From IMG/VR virus record IMGVR_UViG_3300037087_000097, positions 1-33,114 of that record: DNA of 33,114 nucleotides; one strand, given 5' to 3'. The notes beneath the pieces were generated by a model that worked only from the letters and a program-made list of their open reading frames with translations, did not search any database and was not told the DNA's origin. This stretch comes from a virus. Its lineage: Duplodnaviria > Caudoviricetes. How positions within the stretch are numbered: the stretch's first letter is position 1; each line of letters begins with the position of its first letter. The position numbers and the translations under genes were made by a program. Positions 17,965 through 26,076 of this stretch are shown here, one piece after another.

Positions 17965-18936
17965 AAATAATTCCTTAACTTCCTCAGGAGTTTTCTTATC
18001 GAAACTCTTGATATCATAAGATAATTTGAATAACATTATTACTTTACCCAATTCTTTATCTTTCAATCCCGTCCATTCTTTTACGAGATCACCATTGAAT
18101 TTTTCCTTGGCTTTTTGATTTTCTTCATCAAGTTTTCTCAGAGACTTGATTTGTTCCATGAAATGAACTTCTGGAAAACTTTCATCAATCAAATCCAGAT
18201 ACTTTGTTTTGTTCTTTTCAAAATGGTATCCCTCAGATGTATATGGAATATCTTTTACATATTCCAGAAACTTGTTGAATGTTGGACGCTTTTTGTTTCT
18301 CTTTCGGTCTGATTGAGTAAGGTTGTCCAATAGGAATAATTCGGTATTGTAATATTTACTCGAAATAATCCAATCGTAAACTTCTTCCAAAGTATCAAAT
18401 CCATGATACTTCCTTTCGGGATCTAATCCAAGAAATTCCATCATTTTACGGAAATCCTTTGTGATTACAATATCTTTCATAACACGACCACCCTCACTAC
18501 GATATGGATAATGAAGTGAATCTGGGCCGTATTTAAGACCGAATTTATGGAACAGCTTACCCAAAAGATTTGAAGATGGATCATAATCCATCCAGAATTT
18601 AGTGGATTCCCAAACGGATTCATCAACGGGAATTAAATCGATTTGAAATTGTTCGAAGTCGAATGTGGTTGTACCGTCATTGGTAACAATCTGGTTGGGA
18701 TTCAAATATTCTTTCACTTCTTTACGAATCACGATTTTTTTGTTGAATTCGGAATTGGTTTTTATAAGAATATCCATATCCCCATGATCGGGTTTAGTAG
18801 AATAAAATTTGAGCACATAAAGTTCTGTATCAAACATCACTTTCAATTTCGGAAGTAAACGACTTTCAATATCATGAAACTGCTCAGTCGTTTTTCTTTC
18901 AGTTTTCGTTTCTTTTAGTGCTTTTCCACCGAACAT
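17935..18936 (-). CDS. Nucleotidyltransferase (Pol beta/PolX-like superfamily)
   Basis: K.DHGDMDILI, FQIDLI, GLKYG...L and C-terminal KFNG.LV..WTGL..KELG are typical of large-phage nucleotidyltransferases. Confidence 0.7.
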   Translation of the reverse strand: MFGGKALKETKTERKTTEQFHDIESRLLPKLKVMFDTELYVLKFYSTKPDHGDMDILIKTNSEFNKKIVIRKEVKEYLNPNQIVTNDGTTTFDFEQFQIDLIPVDESVWESTKFWMDYDPSSNLLGKLFHKFGLKYGPDSLHYPYRSEGGRVMKDIVITKDFRKMMEFLGLDPERKYHGFDTLEEVYDWIISSKYYNTELFLLDNLTQSDRKRNKKRPTFNKFLEYVKDIPYTSEGYHFEKNKTKYLDLIDESFPEVHFMEQIKSLRKLDEENQKAKEKFNGDLVKEWTGLKDKELGKVIMLFKLSYDIKSFDKKTPEEVKELFFDWYSKQPK

Positions 18937-18950
18937 ACATCTATTTTTTA

Positions 18951-18958
18951 CAAAGATA
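18951..18958 (-). promoter_or_regulatory. Bacteroidota-type -7 promoter element TATCTTTG
   Basis: Matches TAnnTTTG, 14 nt upstream of the 18936 start, in a short intergenic gap. Confidence 0.55.
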
Positions 18959-18982
18959 AAATATTCTCGTGAGATAAAAAAA

Positions 18983-19381
18983 TTAATCTACATTTTTATG
19001 AATTCTCGCATCTCGTTTTACATTTCCCGTATCAACTTTGATGCTTCCTGTGACATTTCCACACTTCACATTTCCAGTATCAACTGTTATATTTCCACCG
19101 ACATCACCACATTCGATATTACCGCAATCGGTTTCCACATTTCCAGAAACATTTCCATTACATTTCACTTTTCCTGTGTCTGATTTTATTTTTCCGACAT
19201 TACCCGTTACTGTGATTGTTTCACAACAATCAGATTCAATATTATCAACATCACCTTGAACAGATATGTTGATAATTTTTCCTTCGGGTGTTGAATCCTG
19301 ACCATCAATGATGACCTTACCATTCTTTACACATATGTTTTTTCCGACATATGTTTTTCCGTTTATTGTTATCGAGCTCAT
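18983..19381 (-). CDS. Beta-helix repeat protein (DUF4097/adhesin-like)
   Basis: Repeating GNV..D(T/C)GN(V/I).CG.V units. Confidence 0.6.
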   Translation of the reverse strand: MSSITINGKTYVGKNICVKNGKVIIDGQDSTPEGKIINISVQGDVDNIESDCCETITVTGNVGKIKSDTGKVKCNGNVSGNVETDCGNIECGDVGGNITVDTGNVKCGNVTGSIKVDTGNVKRDARIHKNVD

Positions 19382-19391
19382 ATTATTGATT

Positions 19392-19769
19392 TTATTTTAT
19401 ACCCAAAATTGTTTTGGCTTCATCAATAGCGACTTGGATTTCTTTTTGTTCATCAAAATCCATCCAGAGTGGTCCGTTCATTGATATCTTTACATAATTC
19501 TTTTGTTCGTACCAATCTTTGTTTTGATATGAATAAGGAACAGGTTTGTTCTTTCGAACAACGATAACCATTTGAGTACCATTCATGGTTTTCCTAATTT
19601 CAATTCTTTCGTTGTCACCCTTTATGTGTTTGGCTTTCCAACTGTTTTGATCCTTTTCAGACATATTGGGAACATATGTACCATCAATACCCGAATCAGA
19701 ACAAAACATTTCGTTATGGATTTTCGTATCCCTGACTTTTTTTGGCTTTTCAAATGATAGTAATGACAT
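19392..19769 (-). CDS. Hypothetical protein
   Basis: 125-aa ORF heading the minus-strand operon. Confidence 0.6.
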   Translation of the reverse strand: MSLLSFEKPKKVRDTKIHNEMFCSDSGIDGTYVPNMSEKDQNSWKAKHIKGDNERIEIRKTMNGTQMVIVVRKNKPVPYSYQNKDWYEQKNYVKISMNGPLWMDFDEQKEIQVAIDEAKTILGIK

Positions 19770-19784
19770 AAAATGATGTTTTTA

Positions 19785-19792
19785 CAAACTTA
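19785..19792 (-). promoter_or_regulatory. Bacteroidota-type -7 promoter element TAAGTTTG
   Basis: Matches TAnnTTTG, 15 nt upstream of the 19769 start. Confidence 0.55.
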
Positions 19793-19816
19793 CAACAAAC
19801 ATCTGTAATAAAAAAA

Positions 19817-19825
19817 TAATATATA
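19817..19825 (+). promoter_or_regulatory. TAATATATA putative late promoter
   Basis: Exact motif upstream of 19853. Confidence 0.55.
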
Positions 19826-19852
19826 AAGAAAATCAAAATAACCCACAATATA

Positions 19853-20704
19853 ATGATAACAACATTCATAGAATATCTCAAAGAGAGCAAATTCACATCG
19901 AAAAAAACTTATAAGAAAGGTGATATAGTAGAAACCTCAAAGGGTGTTAAATATTATATTAACGGTGTTCCACCAGAACTCGAATCCATATGGAAACAAG
20001 CTAGTGATAGTAGAGAATATGAATTTGCAAGAAGAAAGATTAATATAGTATATTCTAAACATTTCACCGAAGATAATGATGTTGCCGCTCAATGTCGTTC
20101 TTGGTTTGATGATAAAAAACAACCATCCGAAAGTCAAGTTAGGAATGCTATGATTTGGGGATATGATCAATATGGTGATTATGAAATAAAATCTGGGGGT
20201 GGTAGTCGTTCAGACAGTACTTTTATTTCTAATATGAAAACAACTATTGCAAATCCAAAAACGGGTGAAGATCAAGATGTGGTTGTTTTGAAAAAATTCA
20301 GTAACGATTTCAAAGATGTTTTGATTTATATAGATGAAATTCAAGAATTGCAAGATCTAACCGAAACTCAGGATGTAAGAACCGCGAGGAGAACAGATAA
20401 TTTAAGAGGAATAATTTCAATTTTGATAAGGCACGAGGCTGGATGGTCGGTATCTGATAAGAAAAAAACACCTGAAGAATGGATTAATAATTTATATAAA
20501 GAACTGAAAGAGGAATACAGGAAAGAAGAAATCGATGAATATCTTACTAAAATAGAAGATAATATAAAGGAAGATATGGGTAGAGAAATAATGAAATATG
20601 ATGATATCAAAAAAGATTTCATTCCAGTTGAAATGAAAGATAAGGATGTTTCCAGTGATAATAAAAGATTAGGAGCAATAAGGAAAATTAGAGAGAAAAT
20701 ATGA
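19853..20704 (+). CDS. Hypothetical protein with capsid-targeting-like leader
   Basis: MITTFIEYLKES leader; 283 aa. Confidence 0.6.
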   Translation: MITTFIEYLKESKFTSKKTYKKGDIVETSKGVKYYINGVPPELESIWKQASDSREYEFARRKINIVYSKHFTEDNDVAAQCRSWFDDKKQPSESQVRNAMIWGYDQYGDYEIKSGGGSRSDSTFISNMKTTIANPKTGEDQDVVVLKKFSNDFKDVLIYIDEIQELQDLTETQDVRTARRTDNLRGIISILIRHEAGWSVSDKKKTPEEWINNLYKELKEEYRKEEIDEYLTKIEDNIKEDMGREIMKYDDIKKDFIPVEMKDKDVSSDNKRLGAIRKIREKI

Positions 20705-21297
20705 TAACTAAATTCGATATACATGAATTGTTTCCAAATAGTAAGACGATAAATACTCATAGAGATATTACCACCTATCATGGATCTAAAAAATGGTTCG
20801 AAGATTTTGATTTTAAAAAATTGGGTCTAAATACAGATAATGATTATTTATCCAATTTGGGATTTCATTTTACAAAGAGTAAACGAATTGCAAAAATTTT
20901 TACAAACCCGTCTGAAGGCGGACAAATTTTAACTGTATATCTTCATTTGAATAAGACATTAAAATTAACAGAACATCAACTTGTTTTGGGGATTGTAAAA
21001 TATGGTATTGCAAAAGGTTATGATTATGGATATGATTATGAATATTTAAAGAATCTTCCTTATTATAACCCAGAAGCTGAAGATTCATTATATGACAATC
21101 TTGAAAATATGCCACAAAATAGTAATATAATAGTTAGAAATTTCAAAAAGAATATACTTCTGAGAAATGGTTATGATAGTATAGAATACATGAATCAAAT
21201 AGAAACCAAAGATACGGGAGACGAAAAAAGATATGATTTTATTGCCTTAAAACCTGAGGTAATAGAGGTTGACTTACAAAAGATTCATAGATTTTAA
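20701..21297 (+). CDS. ART-PolyVal-like protein with capsid-targeting-like leader
   Basis: MITKFDIHE; TYHGS...F..FD...LGFHFT....A..F...V.L.L.K.L...GYDSI.Y.N..E......I...P..I. Confidence 0.7.
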   Translation: MITKFDIHELFPNSKTINTHRDITTYHGSKKWFEDFDFKKLGLNTDNDYLSNLGFHFTKSKRIAKIFTNPSEGGQILTVYLHLNKTLKLTEHQLVLGIVKYGIAKGYDYGYDYEYLKNLPYYNPEAEDSLYDNLENMPQNSNIIVRNFKKNILLRNGYDSIEYMNQIETKDTGDEKRYDFIALKPEVIEVDLQKIHRF

Positions 21298-21426
21298 TTT
21301 TTCATAATAGTTTAAAATTTTATCCTTAAATGGATAAAGAATTAAACTGACAATGGATAATCCGAATGATATAAGAAGGATTGGACCAAGGGACAGAAGT
21401 AATAATATTTGTAAATATGTATTCAT
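21274..21426 (-). CDS. Small membrane protein (50 aa), not in the supplied ORF track
   Basis: Manual translation MNTYLQILLLLSLGPILLISFGLSIVSLILYPFKDKILNYYEKLKSMNLL*; long hydrophobic stretch; TATCTTTG at 21431-21438 just upstream. Confidence 0.55.
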   Translation of the reverse strand: MNTYLQILLLLSLGPILLISFGLSIVSLILYPFKDKILNYYEKLKSMNLL

Positions 21427-21461
21427 TTCACAAAGATAATAAATACTTTTGAATAAAAAAA

Positions 21462-22253
21462 TTACTTGTTATAATAATCTTCCAAAGACATTAATAATTT
21501 CGGAATATTTGATTTATAAAAACCACAAGATCCGATACATCCGCACTCAATTATTTTCCATTCGTCATCAGTTAAACAAATATCCATAACAAAAGCACCA
21601 GCCAGTTGAAACACTTTTATCATTTTCTTACAAAATTCCGTGGCTTCATCATCAACCACATCACTATAAGTTACGAAACAACCAGTTCGGTATAAACTCG
21701 ATGTAATTATTTCTCCACCAACAATCCAGAATCTAAACTCTTTCTGAATTTTCTTTAATGAGCAAACTTGTATTTCAGTATCTTCATTCAGAACTGTTGT
21801 AATTAATCCCTGTTCCCTATCTTTTTTTAGATTATTTAATAGTCTGGATCTTTCCTTTTTCCATTCTTTCATAGAATATGGTTTACCAGTGAGGACTTTT
21901 GTATCCTGAGTGGGTCTTAGAAAAAAACCACCATTCCATTCAAAATCATCCGTAAATTTAAATATCTTGGAATCGTAATTTAAAAGATTTTCTTTGTAAT
22001 AATCTTTATAAACCATGTAATCGTGATTCGAAGTCATGATACTTCCCGGTATCCAATTCTGTTCTTTGGATAATCTAGCCAGTTTTAATCCACCAAAACA
22101 AAAAACATCTTTTCTGGTAGTTTCAAATTTTATGGCATCTGTGAAAGGTAAGACATCTATTATTTCATATTCCAGTTCTAATCTATCCAATGAACTGATC
22201 AGATATTCGTATTGTTCTTCAACCCAAGTTTTCTTTTGTACAATGTAATACAT
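21462..22253 (-). CDS. ATP-grasp domain protein (DUF4343/R2K-like)
   Basis: F.RP..D.K...G, I.KE.RFWIV.G.IIT.S.Y, AFVMDI......KIIE.....CGFY. Confidence 0.7.
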   Translation of the reverse strand: MYYIVQKKTWVEEQYEYLISSLDRLELEYEIIDVLPFTDAIKFETTRKDVFCFGGLKLARLSKEQNWIPGSIMTSNHDYMVYKDYYKENLLNYDSKIFKFTDDFEWNGGFFLRPTQDTKVLTGKPYSMKEWKKERSRLLNNLKKDREQGLITTVLNEDTEIQVCSLKKIQKEFRFWIVGGEIITSSLYRTGCFVTYSDVVDDEATEFCKKMIKVFQLAGAFVMDICLTDDEWKIIECGCIGSCGFYKSNIPKLLMSLEDYYNK

Positions 22254-22255
22254 GA

Positions 22256-22399
22256 TTATTTAAATTTATGACATTTCCAACAATAATCTTTCCATTCACC
22301 ATTACCATTTTCTTCTTTTGTACAAGATTGATTATCTGGACAAGTACATTTTTCTACTTCTGATTGTATTTTTTCTAATTTCTTGATTTTTCTTTTCAT
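22256..22399 (-). CDS. Small Cys-rich protein (47 aa), not in the supplied ORF track
   Basis: Manual translation MKRKIKKLEKIQSEVEKCTCPDNQSCTKEENGNGEWKDYCWKCHKFK*; its stop lies 2 nt before the ATG of the ATP-grasp gene. Confidence 0.55.
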   Translation of the reverse strand: MKRKIKKLEKIQSEVEKCTCPDNQSCTKEENGNGEWKDYCWKCHKFK

Positions 22400-22433
22400 A
22401 TGAAGATTATATTAGGAAAATGGATTTAAGTTT

Positions 22434-22442
22434 TAATATATA
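22434..22442 (+). promoter_or_regulatory. TAATATATA putative late promoter
   Basis: Exact motif upstream of 22464. Confidence 0.55.
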
Positions 22443-22463
22443 AAGAAAAACAATAGTATTTAT

Positions 22464-22766
22464 ATGAAAAATATTTTTACTTTTAATCAATTTGTAAATG
22501 AACACGAGGATAATGAAGAGGAAGTTCCTTTTATAGCCAACGGATCATATACCATATCAAACGCAGGTGGATATGAAATTCAAATTTCAGATGATGGAGA
22601 TTCAGCAAGAATCAAAGACGCTTATGGTTCAGACAATCCAAAAATTTCTGATTGGTTAGAAATTGAGTATCTTCCTGATGAAGATAATCCAACTGGTGAT
22701 CTCGTTCCTGTGATTGATCCGAATGGATATAATATTCCATTAAATGATGTTATGAGAATAGATTAA
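22464..22766 (+). CDS. Small acidic protein with capsid-targeting-like leader
   Basis: MKNIFTFNQFVNE leader; 100 aa. Confidence 0.6.
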   Translation: MKNIFTFNQFVNEHEDNEEEVPFIANGSYTISNAGGYEIQISDDGDSARIKDAYGSDNPKISDWLEIEYLPDEDNPTGDLVPVIDPNGYNIPLNDVMRID

Positions 22767-23518
22767 AAGAGAATTCTTGATTTTTCATGTCCTAATTTAA
22801 TAGAAGTATCAACCCAGATATCAAACCCGGCCGATTTGGCCTTTAAACAAAAAGCAACATCTTCTCCCGTAAAATCTCTTATTAAACCATCTTTTGATAG
22901 CATGGTCTTAAATATTGGTTCGAACCAAGGATAATCAATAGATTCAAATACCCCTCTTTTTATCAACATAAATCCAAATCCATTATAAGATACGGGTATA
23001 AGTGGAAAATTAGGATATTCATTCTTCAGGGAATCATTTATTAAATCATTCTTATTTATGAATTTAAAATGTCCATCTTCGAGAAGTTTATCTTCATCCC
23101 ATTTTAAGACAGCCGAATAATTATCAGGATCAAGTGGATACATACCTGAAATAATAGAATAATTCCCGATATGACTAAATAATCGATAAAAATCGTTTGA
23201 TTGAAAGATTATATCTGAATCGATCCACATTAAATAATCATAATCTACTTTTCCCTCAAATGGTTTTTGTTTTATTCCTCTTGAAATACTACCCCCTAAA
23301 CAAAGATTTCTTGCCCAATAAACTACTGGACTATAATTCTGAGATATAATTGGTATAATATTAACTCGACTGAGTGAATATAATAGTTCACTCCATGATT
23401 TCAAAAAATTATCAGAATATGTTTTTCCCGGCAAGCAAAAAACGATTTTTAATGGTTGTGGACCGGATTCACTATCTACTTTTATATAAGTTTCATTATT
23501 AGGTTCTTCTGGTGTCAT
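22763..23518 (-). CDS. GT-A fold glycosyltransferase
   Basis: DYDYLMWIDSDIIF (DxD), GFGF.LIK.GVFE...YPWF, GED..FC..A...GF.IW.D....GH.K. Confidence 0.75.
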   Translation of the reverse strand: MTPEEPNNETYIKVDSESGPQPLKIVFCLPGKTYSDNFLKSWSELLYSLSRVNIIPIISQNYSPVVYWARNLCLGGSISRGIKQKPFEGKVDYDYLMWIDSDIIFQSNDFYRLFSHIGNYSIISGMYPLDPDNYSAVLKWDEDKLLEDGHFKFINKNDLINDSLKNEYPNFPLIPVSYNGFGFMLIKRGVFESIDYPWFEPIFKTMLSKDGLIRDFTGEDVAFCLKAKSAGFDIWVDTSIKLGHEKSRILF

Positions 23519-24386
23519 ATATTGTAAATATTTCTTTTAAATTATCAACCATCTCCCCATCAGCATTGTCTATCAATATATCTCTGATTTCATTGTTGTT
23601 TATTATTACATTCCCTTCTTGAATATAATCATCTGTATAATAAACATTATGAATATTATATTTAGAGACAAACATATCCAATTTATTTTTATTTTCTGTT
23701 TTTTCAATAGCCTTTGATTTCACAACCAAATCAACGAAATCAATAGTTTCAGTATTTATATTTGAAAGTTCAAAAATATCTTCAATATATATTTCTTTAA
23801 ATTTAGGACTAAATGTATTTTCAATAAATCGAACATCGTTTTGATTAAGTCCAAAAGCATAAAACCCATGTGGTGATAATGTGAAATCTTTATTTAATTG
23901 ATAAGGTGAGGTAATGGTTATATTTACATCATTTCCTTTTTCATTTTCATAAAACCCATTAAAGGATCTTTTAATTCCAGTTGGCTCTTTTAACTGACCA
24001 TTATAAAATAAATATTCGGTGTCATTTTCGGTCATCAAAAATTCACCAAAAGGTATAAACAATATGTTTTTTATTTTTTTGATTTCCTTCAGTATCCTTA
24101 TGTTCTTGTTTCTCGACATCAAATCTATCGAAAATTCATCATTAGCCCCCTTCAGAAGATAGATCGGCATAAAGCCAGACACTTCATCAATTATTTCAAA
24201 TGTGTCTTTAAGCACCTTATAATTGACTGATTGTTTATTATAAAAAATATTTCCTGTATGTATAAGTATATCACCTTCACGATGTACCTTTTTTAAATAA
24301 GGTATAAGGCTTTCCTTAAAATAATTTATCTGAATATCAGCCATTTTGGGATATCCAAATAATGTGTTTCCAATTATGTAAATCAT
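23499..24386 (-). CDS. Mre11/SbcD/gp47-like metallophosphoesterase fold, catalytic motifs degenerate
   Basis: IIGNTLFG (for GD.H.G), IHTGNIFY (for GD.FD), KGAND (for GNHD), FNGFY (for SGH.H), SPYQL...D....HGFY.F......FIEN..SP.F. Confidence 0.65.
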   Translation of the reverse strand: MIYIIGNTLFGYPKMADIQINYFKESLIPYLKKVHREGDILIHTGNIFYNKQSVNYKVLKDTFEIIDEVSGFMPIYLLKGANDEFSIDLMSRNKNIRILKEIKKIKNILFIPFGEFLMTENDTEYLFYNGQLKEPTGIKRSFNGFYENEKGNDVNITITSPYQLNKDFTLSPHGFYAFGLNQNDVRFIENTFSPKFKEIYIEDIFELSNINTETIDFVDLVVKSKAIEKTENKNKLDMFVSKYNIHNVYYTDDYIQEGNVIINNNEIRDILIDNADGEMVDNLKEIFTIYDTRRT

Positions 24387-24405
24387 AATTAAATATATAA
24401 TAGAT

Positions 24406-24969
24406 ATGATAACAAGTTTGAAAATATTTGAAAATAATATTCATCGTGAATTGTATCATTTTACATCACTATTAAATGCTATTTCAATAGCAGATTCAAA
24501 TGAAATGTTTTCGTATTATGGTCGAATATCAACTACAAGAAATAAATATTTAAACAGGAAGAAACCACCGGGAATTAGTCTGGGTGTTCGCATAGTCTTT
24601 GATTGGAATAAAATATTAGAGGATTATGAAACTAAACCATTTACATATTCAAAAGAGTTGACTTTTGAAGAAGAAGAATTAATTTCGACAAAGGATTTTG
24701 TGAATATCAAAAAATATATCATATCAATAGATCTCATTTTAAAAGATATTCAAGACACAGAAAATATTGGAATACACGATGATGATGAAATGAACTCTTT
24801 TCAATTAATAGATTCTGATTGTAAAGAAGTGGAAGATATTTATTATTCGGGTTATTATACAAAAGAGGGAAAGTGGAGTTCGAAATTTTTAGACAAATGT
24901 AAAGAATATTTCGAAAGTAAGGGTTTAAAGGTTAATATGATTAAGCGTGAAAATCCTCATGAAATATAA
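24406..24969 (+). CDS. ART-like protein with capsid-targeting-like leader (paralog of 6687..7160)
   Basis: MITSLKIFENN; LYHFTS...ISTTRN...VRIVFD...EEEE...KKYI; AAATATATA 6 nt upstream (24391-24399). Confidence 0.6.
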   Translation: MITSLKIFENNIHRELYHFTSLLNAISIADSNEMFSYYGRISTTRNKYLNRKKPPGISLGVRIVFDWNKILEDYETKPFTYSKELTFEEEELISTKDFVNIKKYIISIDLILKDIQDTENIGIHDDDEMNSFQLIDSDCKEVEDIYYSGYYTKEGKWSSKFLDKCKEYFESKGLKVNMIKRENPHEI

Positions 24970-25549
24970 TTTCATTGGGGAACACATGATCTGTAATAAA
25001 TTGATATTTTCCACTTCTTATATCAGCATCATCGGGATCTGATACCAAGTCTTTTAGATATTTTTTAATATACAATTGAATTCCGCATCCACCATGTTGA
25101 TATTTAGCCATATTGACATAACCCCTGACACAATTTCCACCACTTTCAGAAGTTAAATATACACCAGAATAAGAATTGGCAAAAGAATTTGTCCTTCTAT
25201 ATCCTTTTATCAATCCTTTATCCAAGATACTTTTAAGTAATTCACTTGATGTATAGTGATATAATAAAACAGGATTGTTACCAATTATATTTTTTACTTC
25301 ATCATTAAATTCACCAAAGGATACAAGATATTCATCTTCTACTTTTGTTACCTCTATTTCATACATATCTTCCAAGAAATGTTCTCTGGCTTCATCTTCA
25401 TCAAATACATCATCAACTACAAATAAATCAGGATCTTCACGAGAGATATAATCCAGATATTTTTTATTACTACAACGAGAAAACATATCATTTATCATTC
25501 GTTTCTCAATATCTTCCGATTGTTCGAATATTTTGAATTCGGTTATCAT
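24941..25549 (-). CDS. ART-like protein with capsid-targeting-like leader
   Basis: MITEFKIFEQS; LLYHYTS...L.SIL..GL...SGVYLTSE. Confidence 0.6.
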   Translation of the reverse strand: MITEFKIFEQSEDIEKRMINDMFSRCSNKKYLDYISREDPDLFVVDDVFDEDEAREHFLEDMYEIEVTKVEDEYLVSFGEFNDEVKNIIGNNPVLLYHYTSSELLKSILDKGLIKGYRRTNSFANSYSGVYLTSESGGNCVRGYVNMAKYQHGGCGIQLYIKKYLKDLVSDPDDADIRSGKYQFITDHVFPNEIIFHEDFHA

Positions 25550-26022
25550 TCTTTGAATAAATTTTTTTCTGGTGTATCTAAATGTCCTTCAGTTAGAACT
25601 ATTACTTCTTCGATTAAATCTAAATTATTAAAATTTGGAATTAATGTGGTATCAACTAAGATTTGATTCGGTTTGAACCATCTCACATCCATATAATTAG
25701 TTACATCATCCATCATACCTAATGCTGTTTTTATATTTTTACAATATGATTTTAATTTGTTTTTATGTTTTAGTTCGCTATGTATGTCGTTAATTATTCT
25801 ATACAATCTCACCTCATGTTCTGGACGATATTTTGATAATTCATCAATAATATCTTTGTCTATTGATTGAATACCATGAGATCTATAATATTCAAAGAAT
25901 TTAGTATTCCAAGTCCATTTAATAAGAAATTGATGTGTCTTATCAGATAATGGATTATTTTTAGGATAATCGTTTTTATTATAATTATTATTCTCTTTAA
26001 TGAATTCTTCAAAAGTTATCAT
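25546..26022 (-). CDS. R-S-E-type ART-like protein with capsid-targeting-like leader
   Basis: MITFEEFIKEN; VRLYRII...KSY......A...IEEVIV (R, S and E motifs); TAATATATA 6 nt upstream (26029-26037, -). Confidence 0.55.
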   Translation of the reverse strand: MITFEEFIKENNNYNKNDYPKNNPLSDKTHQFLIKWTWNTKFFEYYRSHGIQSIDKDIIDELSKYRPEHEVRLYRIINDIHSELKHKNKLKSYCKNIKTALGMMDDVTNYMDVRWFKPNQILVDTTLIPNFNNLDLIEEVIVLTEGHLDTPEKNLFKE

Positions 26023-26050
26023 ATTGATTATATATTAATTTTATTGGCAT

Positions 26051-26076
26051 AAAAAATCCCACCCGGTCGGTGGGAT
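26051..26076 (-). terminator. Intrinsic terminator (minus strand)
   Basis: ATCCCACC-gaccg-GGTGGGAT followed by a T-run on the minus strand, downstream of 26132..27094. Confidence 0.8.

Noticed and set aside
876-26022. ART genes as toxin-antitoxin (DarTG-like) modules
   Set aside because: No adjacent macrodomain, NADAR or ADP-ribosylglycohydrolase antitoxin is recognisable in the window. The shared leader and promoter fit packaged cargo better.
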